Source: Histomonas meleagridis 2922-C6/04-290x (lineage: Eukaryota; Protista; Parabasalia). Taken from it: a stretch of DNA of 64,000 nt. The position numbers and the translations under genes are program-made. Where the stretch lies: contig JAANOX010000099.1 of the NCBI GenBank assembly GCA_020184695.1, positions 248,001 through 312,000 of the forward strand, given 5' to 3'. Shown here piece after piece: positions 34,528 through 46,472 of the stretch. Every line of letters begins with the position of its first letter. Position 1 is the stretch's first letter. The notes beneath the pieces were generated by a model. The model made no database searches and was not told where the DNA came from. It was given only the letters and a program-made list of their open reading frames with translations.

Positions 34528-35040
34528 TAAAATGTTTGTAAATTGTTTCTATAATTATATTTTCTATCCTCTTTTTCAAGTATTCTTTACTTTAAAAAAA
34601 CATTTTTACTGTTTCTGTATTATTTCCTAATAAGTGCTTATTGTTTCTCAAAAATTAAATAGTATTGTAACTAAAGGAGATGTGAAAAACTGTCTACTTT
34701 GATAAGAATGTCATTCATAGAATCTTTAATACAACCCATAAAAAAAGTATATATACTAAGTTTAATGAACAAATTTTAAATTATATATATGTATTTCACT
34801 CATATAATGCATTTTTGAAGAAACTATCATTTAAGGGATTTTAATTTTTAACAACTTCCAATTTCGTGTAAATGTGAAAATTAAGTCTTCTGTATTTTTG
34901 GCAACAAATATCTTCAGGCACAAGGATGTTCATTGAATAATTTTTTCTTCATTGAATAATTTTTTCCAAGTAGTTCTGCGTTTTTAGTTATTATCTCAAT
35001 AAGTTTTTTATTATTCCCAAAACAAACTTACAAAAGTATT

Positions 35041-35871
35041 TTATTTCCTTCCGAACATTTGATTGATTGCGTTCGCTTGCAAACTTTGAATTGAATGGGC
35101 CGATACGGAGTTTCTTGATGTTTTTGTGTATCCGAGAATTTCCTTCATTTTGGTGATGTAGATTTGCTTAATCTTTTCATAGAAGTTAGCAGCCTTTGCT
35201 TCTATCATTTCTCCAACGTTAACAAGATGATCAATGTCTGTTGTGGCTCTTCGATTTTCTTCAAATTGATCAGCAACAGATCCTGAAAGCGTTAAAGGTT
35301 CCATATCAGTATCAACAGTTAGCGTCACAAGAGAAGAAGAAACAGCTTCGTATCGAAATGTCCCATCAATATTTGGAGTTACACTTAATACATCACTACT
35401 ATCAATTGTACCAGCAATATGCGTATAATCACTTAATTCAGAATCCATCGACCTGTGAATAAAAACTCCAATTCCAAATGATTCTTCATTGTCAGGATCA
35501 AGATCCCAACAATATACAGAACATATTCCAGAGTTATGGTAATACCTTTGCCTGTAGTTTTGAAAAACTTTGTTTGCCTTGATTTCCATCTCGCGAAGTC
35601 GATCTGAAGGTAAGATTCCTTCGTCAAGAGGAGGGAAATAAACATTTGAGTGAGGTGACCGATATGAATCACAATCTCGATTGTAATCACATTTAATAAA
35701 TTGCTTATATGAAATATTATCATAAGCTACAGAAAATGGAGTATCAACTGTTGACAAAAGATCATTTGCTAAATCATTATCCAACGAAATTATATTGATC
35801 AATCTCTGCTGGATATCTTTAGGTGGTACATGTCTAAGTAAATCATGTGCAGCATCGACTTTTGGGTACAT
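35041..35871 (-). CDS. CAPZB: F-actin capping protein beta subunit
   Basis: DLLRHVPP, LLSTVDTP, CDYNRDCDSYRSPHSNVYFPPL, PSDRLREMEIKAN and SVYCWD motifs. Confidence 0.93.
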   Translation of the reverse strand: MYPKVDAAHDLLRHVPPKDIQQRLINIISLDNDLANDLLSTVDTPFSVAYDNISYKQFIKCDYNRDCDSYRSPHSNVYFPPLDEGILPSDRLREMEIKANKVFQNYRQRYYHNSGICSVYCWDLDPDNEESFGIGVFIHRSMDSELSDYTHIAGTIDSSDVLSVTPNIDGTFRYEAVSSSLVTLTVDTDMEPLTLSGSVADQFEENRRATTDIDHLVNVGEMIEAKAANFYEKIKQIYITKMKEILGYTKTSRNSVSAHSIQSLQANAINQMFGRK

Positions 35872-35971
35872 TTCGGCAGGTGATGAGAAAAACGGTTATA
35901 ACGAGAATGGAGTGCCCTATAAATTGAATCAAACCGTCATATTCGAACAAAGTCTTTGTTTTATTGTTTTA

Positions 35972-36430
35972 ATGATCCACTTCTTTCTCATCTTCAACAG
36001 GCAAGGAAAAACACGTCTAACAAAGTGGTACGAACCACAAACAAAGAAGGATAAAGATAAGATTACACGCGAAGTTACAAATTCAATTTTATCTCGTCCA
36101 ACAAATTTCTGTACTTTTATCGAATGGAGAGATCGTAAGCTTGTATATAATAGATACGCAAGTTTATTCTTCGTTATGTGCGTCGATGTAAATGATAATG
36201 AATCAATGATTCTTGACATTATCCACTTCTATGTCGAAACCCTTGACTCCTTCTTCGGAAATGTTCGTGAAGTAGATATCATTTTTGGCTTCCATTATGC
36301 ATATATGCTTCTTGATGAAATTATATTGGCAGGTGAATTTGTTGAAAGCTCAAGAATTAACCCAATTCAATCTCTTATAGATCAGAGAGATGCAATTTCT
36401 TCTGAACCTGGTAAACCATTCGAACTTTAA
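35972..36430 (+). CDS. Clathrin adaptor complex small (sigma) subunit
   Basis: MIHFFLIFNRQGKTRLTKWY...RYASLFF...VETLDSFFGNV.EVDIIF..AYMLLDE. The true ATG is at 35972. Confidence 0.93.
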   Translation: MIHFFLIFNRQGKTRLTKWYEPQTKKDKDKITREVTNSILSRPTNFCTFIEWRDRKLVYNRYASLFFVMCVDVNDNESMILDIIHFYVETLDSFFGNVREVDIIFGFHYAYMLLDEIILAGEFVESSRINPIQSLIDQRDAISSEPGKPFEL

Positions 36431-37132
36431 AAATCATATTTATCAAATTCCCATTTTTTTTTTTTTTCTTTGAGTTTTGCTTAAAATAATGATGCATGTG
36501 ATGACATACATATGTGAAATAAATTTATATTTTATCATACAAATATGATAAGTTTTCTCAAGGTCAAACAAGGGCATGTTATTTTATCGTTATCTTAAAA
36601 AAGTTATGTATTAAATAGTTTACATGATTTTTAAGTATTACGATAGGGCATCATACAAAATAGGAGAAAATGAAAAAAATTTAGCACACATAACTTCTTT
36701 ATTTTGATTTTATCACACATATTCAGCATAATTATATATTTTATAAAATGAAATGATTATTTGACTATTAATGGTTTTATATAAAATAATATTCCAAGAG
36801 ATTTCCAAAAAAATAAAAAATAAAATAAAATCATTTCTATTTGTTTTGCAGTAATAGCGATTATTATTATGTTTTTTATGCTTTTATATGTGAAAAATAT
36901 TACTCATTTTTAAGAAATGATAATCTGCTAAAAATCAATCAAAAATATATTAAATAAATATCCTAATTTAAAATTCGAATTTTTAATATGTTAAATATGA
37001 TTATTATTCATAATGTGAATATATATATTAATATTATATAATTTTTACTGGTTTTCAAAACATAATTCAATAAAAAAATTGTCCTTTTATTACAGAAAAA
37101 TTCACAAACTCAACAATTGTTAGATTTCCCAA

Positions 37133-39310
37133 ATGTTTAATTTGTTTCTTTTATATATAATTCAATCTTATGAAGAATCATTTTCAGGACAAACTTTTAT
37201 AGGTACATTTAATCAAGGGCAAGGAAATTTACAAATTACAAATTGCATATTCCAAAAGTTTAGAACTACAATCATTACTATTAATAACAATGATCTTTCA
37301 ATTGATGGATGTGAATTTAGTTCCAACTCAGGAGAAAATTGTATTCTTCTTAAAGAGTCAACAGCAGAAATTAAAAATTCCAAATTCATAAAAAATATAA
37401 TATCTGAATCAGGTGGAGCTATTTATTCAGAAAACTCAAAGACAATAATAACGGGTAATGTTTTCTCAAGTAATAGAGCACAAAAAAAAGGAGGCTCACT
37501 ATATTTATCTAATTTTTGTGGTGTTATAAATGATTGCAAATTTGAAGGGAGTTATTCTTTAACTGGATCTGAAATATATATTGATGGAACAGTTATTAAA
37601 GATGATATAAAGAACTCATTGAATAATTTAAATTTTGAAAATCCTGCATCTTGTGAACAAGAAGAAAGTTGTTTAATTAGAATGGTTAATGATATAAACT
37701 TAGAAATTTCTAAATTCTTATTTAAAGATATACAATATCAAATGAATTATATTTTTTATCTTGAAAGTGTTTCAAATAAATTAATCTTTAGTGATTTTAA
37801 TTTTGATGATTGTAGACCTGGAAATTCATTTATTTATCTTTCCGATAAGAAAAAGATTGCTAATTTTAACTTAAATCTTAAAAATTGCATTTTTAAAGAT
37901 AATTCTCAAAGAATATTTAGTTATGATCAATATGCTCAAATCTCTGAAATTAGTTTTATTAAATGTGTATTAAATGGACAATCAATATTTGATATATATT
38001 CTGTAAAAGAATTTTCTTTAATAGAAACAATTTTATTCAATTTCGATATTATTGGAAAAGGGAATCAAGAATGTGAAACACAAAAAATTTTAATACAAAA
38101 ATGTTCGCTTAGTAATCTTTGTACTGGGAAATTAAAAGGAATTAAATCATCTAAATTAATCATACAGATTCATGAAAATATGTTTCCAAATGCATTTTTA
38201 AGATTAAATTCCATTAATTCAGAAGAAATAAATTTCAAAAATAATCAAATCGAATCATTAAATTTAAGTCAAATAACAACAAATTCATTAATTCTTAAAG
38301 ATATGAATTTAAATTCGGAAGAAAACAAGTTCGAAGTTGAGTGTAATAAGTTAGTAAGTGAGAAAAATATTATTATTGGAGGAAATTATACATTTATAGT
38401 TATATCAGATATTATAGAATATTTGATTACTGATTCGACTTTTAAATGTGACTTAAATATAATTTCTAAATTAAAAATGCTTACTCCTCAAAATAAAATT
38501 GATTTCTGGGTAAAGAATTCAACAATTTCTCGGCATTTAACATTTTTAGGATCTGTAACCTCACAAATTATTCCGAATTCCAATTTTTATGTTAGGGATT
38601 CTTCATTTTTAGGATGTAATTCATTAAAACGTGAAGCTATTGAGTTTAAATTTAAAAATATTGATATTAGAGATACAATGTTTGAAGATACTCCAATAAT
38701 TATATACATAGCAAAAAAGGCATATTTTAGAGATTCATCATTTTTATTAGTAAATAGAGATATTCATAGTGATACTATAGCATTTCATTATTTGTTTGGA
38801 GCAGATATATATTTTTATGGATGTTGTTTTAATTTTTACCAAAGTCATGGTAATTATCATATAAATGTCAATTCAACAGCTGTTATTACTTTTGATGAAG
38901 GTAATTGTCTTTATGGAAATAGAAAATTAAATTTAGAACAAAATGCAATAGCAAAATATTTAGGAAAAAATGAATTAAGAAATTGTGAAAAATGTTCTCT
39001 GACTCTATATGAAAAACAATCTATGGTTAAATCGATAGCAATTGGAATTGTAATAGCTACAAATGTTATTACAGCAGGCATTATTATATTTGTTTATATT
39101 AGAAAACATTATTTAAGTGATTCAGGTGAAGTATTTTCAAAAGATTTCGAAAAATATTCAAATTATAAATCAACAATCGATGCACAAAGCTCAGTAATTA
39201 ATATCGGAGAAATGACGCAAGAAAATCCGCTTTTCACAGCAACTGAAACATTAGATAATCAAAATTATGGATTTCAACATGATTTTGATGATAGTGACGG
39301 CTTTTTATGA
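37133..39310 (+). CDS. Polymorphic membrane protein (Pmp)-like beta-helix surface protein
   Basis: Signal peptide, GGAIY/FxxN repeats, C-terminal TM and a cytosolic tail containing NPLF. Confidence 0.75.
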   Translation: MFNLFLLYIIQSYEESFSGQTFIGTFNQGQGNLQITNCIFQKFRTTIITINNNDLSIDGCEFSSNSGENCILLKESTAEIKNSKFIKNIISESGGAIYSENSKTIITGNVFSSNRAQKKGGSLYLSNFCGVINDCKFEGSYSLTGSEIYIDGTVIKDDIKNSLNNLNFENPASCEQEESCLIRMVNDINLEISKFLFKDIQYQMNYIFYLESVSNKLIFSDFNFDDCRPGNSFIYLSDKKKIANFNLNLKNCIFKDNSQRIFSYDQYAQISEISFIKCVLNGQSIFDIYSVKEFSLIETILFNFDIIGKGNQECETQKILIQKCSLSNLCTGKLKGIKSSKLIIQIHENMFPNAFLRLNSINSEEINFKNNQIESLNLSQITTNSLILKDMNLNSEENKFEVECNKLVSEKNIIIGGNYTFIVISDIIEYLITDSTFKCDLNIISKLKMLTPQNKIDFWVKNSTISRHLTFLGSVTSQIIPNSNFYVRDSSFLGCNSLKREAIEFKFKNIDIRDTMFEDTPIIIYIAKKAYFRDSSFLLVNRDIHSDTIAFHYLFGADIYFYGCCFNFYQSHGNYHINVNSTAVITFDEGNCLYGNRKLNLEQNAIAKYLGKNELRNCEKCSLTLYEKQSMVKSIAIGIVIATNVITAGIIIFVYIRKHYLSDSGEVFSKDFEKYSNYKSTIDAQSSVINIGEMTQENPLFTATETLDNQNYGFQHDFDDSDGFL

Positions 39311-39571
39311 TGTGATTGTTCCTAAATTTCAATAAAATACTCAAAATTGTATTATTATTTCATTGAATAAATATTTAAATATTTATATTATTTCATATTT
39401 AATTTAAGTAAATTACTTTTGTAATCATTAAAATGATTAATCATTTTGTAATTGCAATTCAATTAAAAATGAAAAGATTTATAAATTTGCTAAATGGAAT
39501 TATGATTAATTACATAAGTTAACTATATGACAATTATGGCATACTCATTTGAAAAAATTCAAAGAAAAAAT

Positions 39572-40846
39572 TTATGTTTTATAGCTTTCAAGTTTTTCCA
39601 GTTTTGATCGAATAATTACATTTTCTTCTTCTTTTCTTTCAAGTAAATAACTATATTGGCGTAATTGATCACGTAATCTTTTGTTTTCAATTTGTTGTTC
39701 TTCAATTTTATATCTAAGTTCTTTCTCAGTAATAATTGACTTTTGCGCTTCTATTTCATAACTTGAACGAATTTGTTTTTCTTTTTGTTGATATTCTTTT
39801 TGAATTTTCTCGGTTTCGTTTCTGTGTAATGAAGAAATTTTTTCAAATTCTTTTTTCAGAATAACAATTTGTTTTGCTAGTTTGTGATATTTTGCTTTAT
39901 AGATCTTTCTTTTTTGTTTCAATAAATTATTTTCTTCTTGTAATTTATTTATTTGTGTTTTCATTGTTGAAATTTCTTCTGAATTGTCAATTGACTTTTT
40001 CATTGAAGATATTTGATTTAATAATTGTGTGATTTCGTTGGCATTGTCATTTTGTAATGTTTGAATTTGTTGTTGAAGTTCTTCAATGCGTTGTTGACTT
40101 GAATGTTGAAGAGAAAGAAATCTTTCTTTATTTTCCATATTCAAAGCATCAATTTCATTTTTATGATTTATTGTAACATTTTTTATTTGCTCTTCAGCTT
40201 TATTAAATCTTTCGATTTGTGATTTAAGATGTTCTTCAATAGAGTCTTTTTCTTTTTTAATCATTGACAATTGATCTTTCAGAGATTTCATTTCTTTAAG
40301 TGAATGGTCTTGTGATTCATATTTGAGTTGATTGATTTGATCTTGAAGCTTTTTGTTTCGAGATTCTAAATCAACTATTTGATGCGAATGTTCTTCTTTT
40401 AATGAATTAACTTCTTGTGATAATATTTTATTTTCTGCTTCAAGATGATGAATCTCTCTAGAATATTTCTTTCCATGTTTTTGGAATTTCTGGATTTGAT
40501 AAGTTATTATTGTAGGCACATCTTCAATTTTTGATACCCCTGGGAATCCCATTTTATTTATTTCTTGGATTATTTGGGAAGTTTTTTTGGAATTATTCTT
40601 TTCATTAATAAGAGTTTTTCGAAGTTTTAAATTGATAGATAGTTCTGTTTTAAAGTATGAAAATAATTTTTTGAGAAGAACAAAACATAAATTATTTTCA
40701 TCTGGATTTTCATAATTATTAATAAATGATTCGATGTGGATCGATTGACTTAGAATTTGGTTTTGAATAGAATTTAGACTATCATCGGAATTTTCACCTT
40801 CCATGGATGAGCAATTACCTGTATAACGCATAGGAGAAGCATTCAT
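39572..40846 (-). CDS. Hypothetical coiled-coil protein
   Basis: 424-aa E/K/Q/L-rich heptad ORF. Confidence 0.65.
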   Translation of the reverse strand: MNASPMRYTGNCSSMEGENSDDSLNSIQNQILSQSIHIESFINNYENPDENNLCFVLLKKLFSYFKTELSINLKLRKTLINEKNNSKKTSQIIQEINKMGFPGVSKIEDVPTIITYQIQKFQKHGKKYSREIHHLEAENKILSQEVNSLKEEHSHQIVDLESRNKKLQDQINQLKYESQDHSLKEMKSLKDQLSMIKKEKDSIEEHLKSQIERFNKAEEQIKNVTINHKNEIDALNMENKERFLSLQHSSQQRIEELQQQIQTLQNDNANEITQLLNQISSMKKSIDNSEEISTMKTQINKLQEENNLLKQKRKIYKAKYHKLAKQIVILKKEFEKISSLHRNETEKIQKEYQQKEKQIRSSYEIEAQKSIITEKELRYKIEEQQIENKRLRDQLRQYSYLLERKEEENVIIRSKLEKLESYKT

Positions 40847-41173
40847 TCATTTTTACAAGAACCTTAACGTCAAATGCTAACGTATTTTTGTTATGACACA
40901 CTTCCCCATTTTAGATAAAAACAAACCACAATAATATTGTAAAGAAGATACAAATAATTTGATGAAGTTTAAAAATAATGAAAAAATAAAGTATATAATT
41001 TTGCAAATTTTATTAATTTTTTAAAGTTTGGTTAAAAACATTCAATTTAAAAGTCAGTGCTATTCAAGTGGTATAAAGATTATATAATATTTATATTTAC
41101 ATATGAATTAATTGATCAACAATGATCAATTAAGGTAAATACAAAGAACGTAATATGAACAGATACCTAATTT

Positions 41174-41476
41174 TCAAGAGTACAATTTTCCCCATATTGC
41201 AAGTAATCTTTTTGTTGGATTTGGATACTTTTGGTTTGTTTGAAGAAGTTCAAGTGCTCTCTGTGAAAACGCTGAATTAACATCTGAAATTTCTGGTTGT
41301 GCTGACGGGAAGACGGGATTTCTCAGCGGTAAAAATGTCGACATTGATGAACTACTTGTTTCATAAAATTCATTTTTAGGTTCTTCGCTATATTCATATG
41401 ATGAAGATGTATCATCATCACTTTCAAGACCACGCATCAAAGGTATTTTATTTTTTGGGAGATTTCGAAAACTCAT
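41174..41476 (-). CDS. Small hypothetical Ser/acidic protein
   Basis: 100-aa ATG ORF with a TCA Inr-like sequence upstream. Confidence 0.45.
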   Translation of the reverse strand: MSFRNLPKNKIPLMRGLESDDDTSSSYEYSEEPKNEFYETSSSSMSTFLPLRNPVFPSAQPEISDVNSAFSQRALELLQTNQKYPNPTKRLLAIWGKLYS

Positions 41477-42006
41477 GAATTTGAAAAAATTTTCTGGTGA
41501 CCAAGACGATTATTTTCCTATGAAAAAGTTATGGAGAAAAATTAAAAGAAAGATTACTTGTTTCAAGCAATTCAGTGTAATTAAAATGCATTCTTTATGT
41601 TAAAAAAGAACATTTTATTTAATACTTGTTTTAATAAATAACAAATAGATGTAATTTATCATAATATAAAATTTAAATATTTCTGCTGATATTGATATAT
41701 TAAACATATATTATAAATTACTTAATTTTTAATTATCTGAAATACATTTTTTCCAATTATTTTAATTCATAATAAAGATATTACATCAAAGTAAATATGG
41801 GATTTAAACTTACTGGCCTATCGAAGAGAATGCATTAAATGATTTAAATGAATTATAACACACTCTCATTAATAAAAAATTTGTTATCAATAATAATCAA
41901 TTTGATAAAATCAAATTGTTTTATAATAACATATAAAGGTCCAAAGGGGGAAAATGATTGCTTATGAAATAGAAACGCATAGTTATTAAATCAATTTTTA
42001 TTTTAA

Positions 42007-42642
42007 TTATGAAATTCCAATTTCCGCTAACAAAGAATCTAATAGACTGTTTTGGAGCTTGAAGTCATCCGGAAGCTCTTGCTTGAGTTCGTCTAACTCG
42101 GATGTGTGGAATGTGTAAAGGATTTCTGTTTCATCTGCTGCTAACTTTTTGCGGAAACCTGTTTCTGGGTTCCATTTAAACATTTCTCTTACTTCGTGTA
42201 CTGCTTCTTGTAAGTGGAACATAGCAGAACGAATTCGAACAGAGAGAATTGTATATATGTCAGGAGCTTGATAAATTGAACCATCAACAATATAGTACTT
42301 GGCAAGCAATGAATCCTCTCCACCTTCCCTTTGTATTTTGTCAATTATTGCAAGACCTGGACAAATAATAATTGCTGAATAATTCGGATCACTTAGGTTT
42401 TCCTTCTGAAGACTTAGCCCTCGTGGTTGCTCAACATAGCTAAGTCTAAATGAAATTCCATCTGTTTTGTCAAGTTGATCCATTGATCTATTTTGCATTT
42501 TTAAAACTTCATTAATTGATGTTGTATCATAAAAATCACTAGTTGAAAAATACTGAAGAACATTTGCTACAGTAAGGTTTTGTTCTTTTAGAAACTGATC
42601 GTTTCTGAAAAAGATGTTATTCATTTCTTCTTCATCATTCAT
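42007..42642 (-). CDS. MED6: Mediator subunit MED6
   Basis: NVLQYFSTSDFYDTTSINEVLKMQ and YYIVDGSIYQAPDIYTILSVRI motifs. Start codon uncertain. Confidence 0.8.
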   Translation of the reverse strand: MNDEEEMNNIFFRNDQFLKEQNLTVANVLQYFSTSDFYDTTSINEVLKMQNRSMDQLDKTDGISFRLSYVEQPRGLSLQKENLSDPNYSAIIICPGLAIIDKIQREGGEDSLLAKYYIVDGSIYQAPDIYTILSVRIRSAMFHLQEAVHEVREMFKWNPETGFRKKLAADETEILYTFHTSELDELKQELPDDFKLQNSLLDSLLAEIGIS

Positions 42643-42850
42643 CAGCTTATTGAATTTCATATCACATTTCATATATGGACTAAAAATTCTCAAATTCAAA
42701 ACAAATGCATTTGCTAAATTTAATACCAATTTTTTATTAAATGTGATGTTAATTAACATTTAACAGTTCATTTCTATGTGAAGCCTCGGAGAATGGTATC
42801 ATCATTTTTTGGAAGTCTTCTGTGCGATGTGAATAAACTATTCAATAAAT

Positions 42851-42878
42851 AACGGTTTTTCGGTTATGGTCTTCCTTT
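42851..42878 (+). promoter_or_regulatory. Trichomonad M3 (AACGGTTT) and M5 (CCTTT) core-promoter motifs
   Basis: The motif pair lies directly upstream of the RPS29 ATG. This combination is typical of T. vaginalis ribosomal-protein genes. Confidence 0.6.
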
Positions 42879-42884
42879 TTGCTA

Positions 42885-43058
42885 ATGCCAGCAAACTTTG
42901 TACCAAAACACAACCGTGAACACGCAAAAGGTTCTTTCGATCGTGGATGCCGCTGCTGCCAACGCCGTCGTGGTGTTATTCGTAGCTATGGAATTAACAT
43001 GTGCCGCCGATGCTTCCGTGAACGTGCGGGTCTTCTTGGTTTTAAGAAATATGACTAA
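42885..43058 (+). CDS. RPS29: 40S ribosomal protein S29 (uS14), absent from the ORF track
   Basis: 57 aa: [57 protein letters not shown], with the CxxC...CRRCFRE zinc motif. Confidence 0.92.
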   Translation: MPANFVPKHNREHAKGSFDRGCRCCQRRRGVIRSYGINMCRRCFRERAGLLGFKKYD

Positions 43059-43329
43059 ACATACACACAAGCGAAATAAACTTTAGTGGGCCTTCAATAT
43101 TATTATTATTTTTTTTTTTTTTTAGTATCAGATCAATTGTAAATTTAGTAATCATTTAATTTCTGTATTATCATTATTAAATGTTTAATGAATTGTTTTG
43201 TTTTCAAAGAATTAAAATATATTCATGTGCCCTTTGAACTTGTTTTATTCCATTTGCCCAAAAAACAGGACGAAATTTTCTATAGAAAAAAGAAAACTTT
43301 ACATTCGCAAGTAACCGCACAGGTTCTCA

Positions 43330-43929
43330 ATGGTGGAAAAAGGCGAATTGAAAGAAATTTCACTAAAACTAACTCTTATTGGTGAACACTTTGTTGGTAA
43401 AACAAGTATGATAGAACGTTTTGTCAATGGAACTTTCGACAAATCTTATCAAGCAACAATTGGATTCAGTTTTCTTTCCAAAACCATCGAATTGGATGGT
43501 GTTAAATGCACAGTTAATGTTTGGGATACATCTGGCTCTGAAAGACATCGTGCTGTTGCACCAAATTATTACCGTGGAACTGATGGTTGTATTCTGGTTT
43601 ACGATGTTTCTAACCCACAAAGTGTTGAACCACTTTCTTATTGGTACGAAGAGTTTACTTCTCTTGTATCATTGCCAAATTACGATAACATCCCTATTTT
43701 ATTAATTGGTAACAAAGCTGACTTACCATATGAAAAAAGTACTTATCAAGATGCACAGTCATTTGCTGAAACACATCATATCGAAAAGCATTTTCTTGCA
43801 TCGGCATTAGATGGAAGAAATATTAATGAAGCATTCAATGAATTGGTTAAAATGTGCATTGGAAACCAAACAATTCAATTTAGCTCGATCCTTATGACAA
43901 ATGAACCAACGGAAAAACGTTGCTGTTAA
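43330..43929 (+). CDS. Rab-family small GTPase
   Basis: GEHFVGKTS, TIG, WDTSGSE, GNKAD and SA motifs, with a C-terminal CC prenylation signal. Confidence 0.93.
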   Translation: MVEKGELKEISLKLTLIGEHFVGKTSMIERFVNGTFDKSYQATIGFSFLSKTIELDGVKCTVNVWDTSGSERHRAVAPNYYRGTDGCILVYDVSNPQSVEPLSYWYEEFTSLVSLPNYDNIPILLIGNKADLPYEKSTYQDAQSFAETHHIEKHFLASALDGRNINEAFNELVKMCIGNQTIQFSSILMTNEPTEKRCC

Positions 43930-44228
43930 ATATCTTATCTTGAAATTCTTAAATTTAATATTTTTGTTAAAGTGAAGACTTTTGCTCTTTTTTGTTTTTC
44001 GATTTTCTTTTATTTTTAGGATAAATTATGATTAATCGTTTTGTTCATTATTAGGTATAAGTTAATATATTGATTCTTTATGGATAAACATTTGTTTTAT
44101 TCAGGAAACTATTGAAATGCGTATAATGCTTTTTTTTTTTATGGGTTTTAGTGTGTTGATTGGAATTTTTTGTTTTTGGATAAAAAGAACGTTTAAAATA
44201 TCTTTTCTGGGTTTTGGGTTTTTACTCA

Positions 44229-46179
44229 ATGGAAAAACCTGATGAAAATTTAATTGATGCCCCAATTTCTAAACAAGAACTCAAACAGATTTTTATTGCA
44301 AAGTCACAAGATTCTAATTGCGAATTCTCAAAAAAAAGTTTTATTCGATATCAGAATCATCATAAAAAAGAAACAAAACATAAAACATTTCAATTTGACG
44401 GATTAGGTATTGGTCCTCAAACTATTAAAGTAATATCAAAGATAATTTTAACACATTCAAACTTCAAAGTTATTGTTCTCCCCAATAATTCACTTGGAGA
44501 TGAAGGCGCAATTGAAATATCAAAAATTCTTCAACAAAATCATTCAATTATATCATTAGACATTTCATCGAATAAAATCAGAGATTCTGGAATGTCACAT
44601 ATATTTAAATCTCTAATTGATAATAAGACTCTTATTCATCTTGACATTAGTAGCACGAATACATCTACACGAAATTCGATAGGTGTTGAAGCATCTAATT
44701 CATTAAGTTCTATGCTTTTTCACAACACAGTTCTCTCTGAAGTGAATCTTCTATGACAGATCTTTCATCTGATCATGCCTCCATTCTCAGTCATGGACTT
44801 TCGCACAACAAAAACTCTTCGATTTCTAAATCTTTCCAACAATAATCTTACATCCAAAGGCGTAAATTTTATTCTTTTCCAGTCTTATCGGCACAGGCAT
44901 TGTCAGTCTTGATCTTTCTAATAATCATTTTCGTGATGACACATCTCCATATTTTATTAATTTTTTGACTAATAATAATATAATCGAAGAACTTAATATA
45001 TCGAACAATGAAATAACGCAACGATTTACTACATCGCTTGTTCCACAACTTGCATCCAATAAATCCATACGTAATTTCAATATATCACGTAACGCTTTAT
45101 ATGGAAGAGGAATCTCTGCTATTGGATCTGCTTTAAGTTATAATAACACAATCGAAACATTAAACGTTTGTAGTTGTTTAATTGATACGAATGGAATAAA
45201 TGATTTCTTAAGAGAATTTTTCCCTAATAAAACATTGAAATCATTACTTTTAGCTAATAATCCTTTGCATGATGAGGGTATAATTGAAATTGCGAAATCG
45301 ATTGTTCAACATCCGAATCTTAAATATATTGATGTTGAACTTTGTGAATTTGGTGATAAAGGTGCGAAAGAATTGTTTGAAGCGATTGGGAAGTCAAAAC
45401 AATTCCAAAAAATATCTGTTAAAAACAATCTAATTCAAAATGGAATGATGATCGAAAAAGCGCTTTGTGATAATTCTAATTTTATTTCATGTTTATTTGA
45501 CTTTAATAACATTAATTATAAATGTGTAAAAGAAATTCAAAAACGAATTTCATATAATTTGCAAAAATATAACACAAATGAAAAGAAGAAACAAATTCAA
45601 GAAATTGAAAACATTGAAAAGAAAGAAAAAAAATTAACTGAAATTAATAAATATATTAAAGAAGAACGAAAAAACATCGAAATTCTGCAAGAAGAACTTG
45701 AAACGAAGAAAAACCAAAATGAAAATGTTCAAGAAAACAAATTTCAACATTTAAAAGAACTTGAGATGAAACAAGAAGATTTGAATAACAAATGTTTTGC
45801 GTTTAATGAAGAAGCGAATTCAAAAACGGATCAAATTGAAAATGAATTTGAAACGAAAGAAAGTGAACATTCGATAATTTCCAAAGAACTTTTGGAAACG
45901 TCTAAAAATTTAAGTACTGTTATGAAACAATTAGCTAACATTGAATCACAAATTAACAATGAAAAGATGAAAACATTTAATGAACTTGAAAATCTTAAAA
46001 CACAAATCAAAATATCGAAAATTAATTACAATGAAAAGAAAGAAGAACTAAAAGAAATATTTCAAAACATTAAAACTGAAATTGAAACAAAAGAAAATGA
46101 AAAACGTCCAATTAAAATTCGGAAACGAATAAGAACAAAACGAAAACATATCAAAAATGAAAATAAATCTGAAACATAA
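44229..46179 (+). CDS. RNI-like LRR + coiled-coil protein, frameshifted at about 44740-44960
   Basis: LxLxxNxLGDEGA repeats continue across several 1-nt indels at homopolymers. Confidence 0.7.
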
Positions 46180-46472
46180 AATTAAAGAAAAACAAATGCG
46201 GATATTATTTTATTTAAAAAATAAACTTTGAAAAAGTATTTTTCATAACAAGGAATTATTAAAAGGAATATTAGGGAAAATGTAAAATGAAAGTGAATAA
46301 AATGATTCACATATTGCAACTAATATATTATATCTAAAGTAAAAGTTTTCAAAAGAAGTTATAAACAAATCACATATTATTCGAAAACTATAACAAAATA
46401 TTTTCATTTCTTGTGAGTGTTACCACATATAAAAAATTAAATAAAATAAAGATTATCATGTTTTTATTAATA

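Noticed and set aside
42882-43086. ORF-track entries 42882-43070 (-) and 42898-43086 (+)
   Set aside because: Shadow frames of the real RPS29 gene at 42885-43058.
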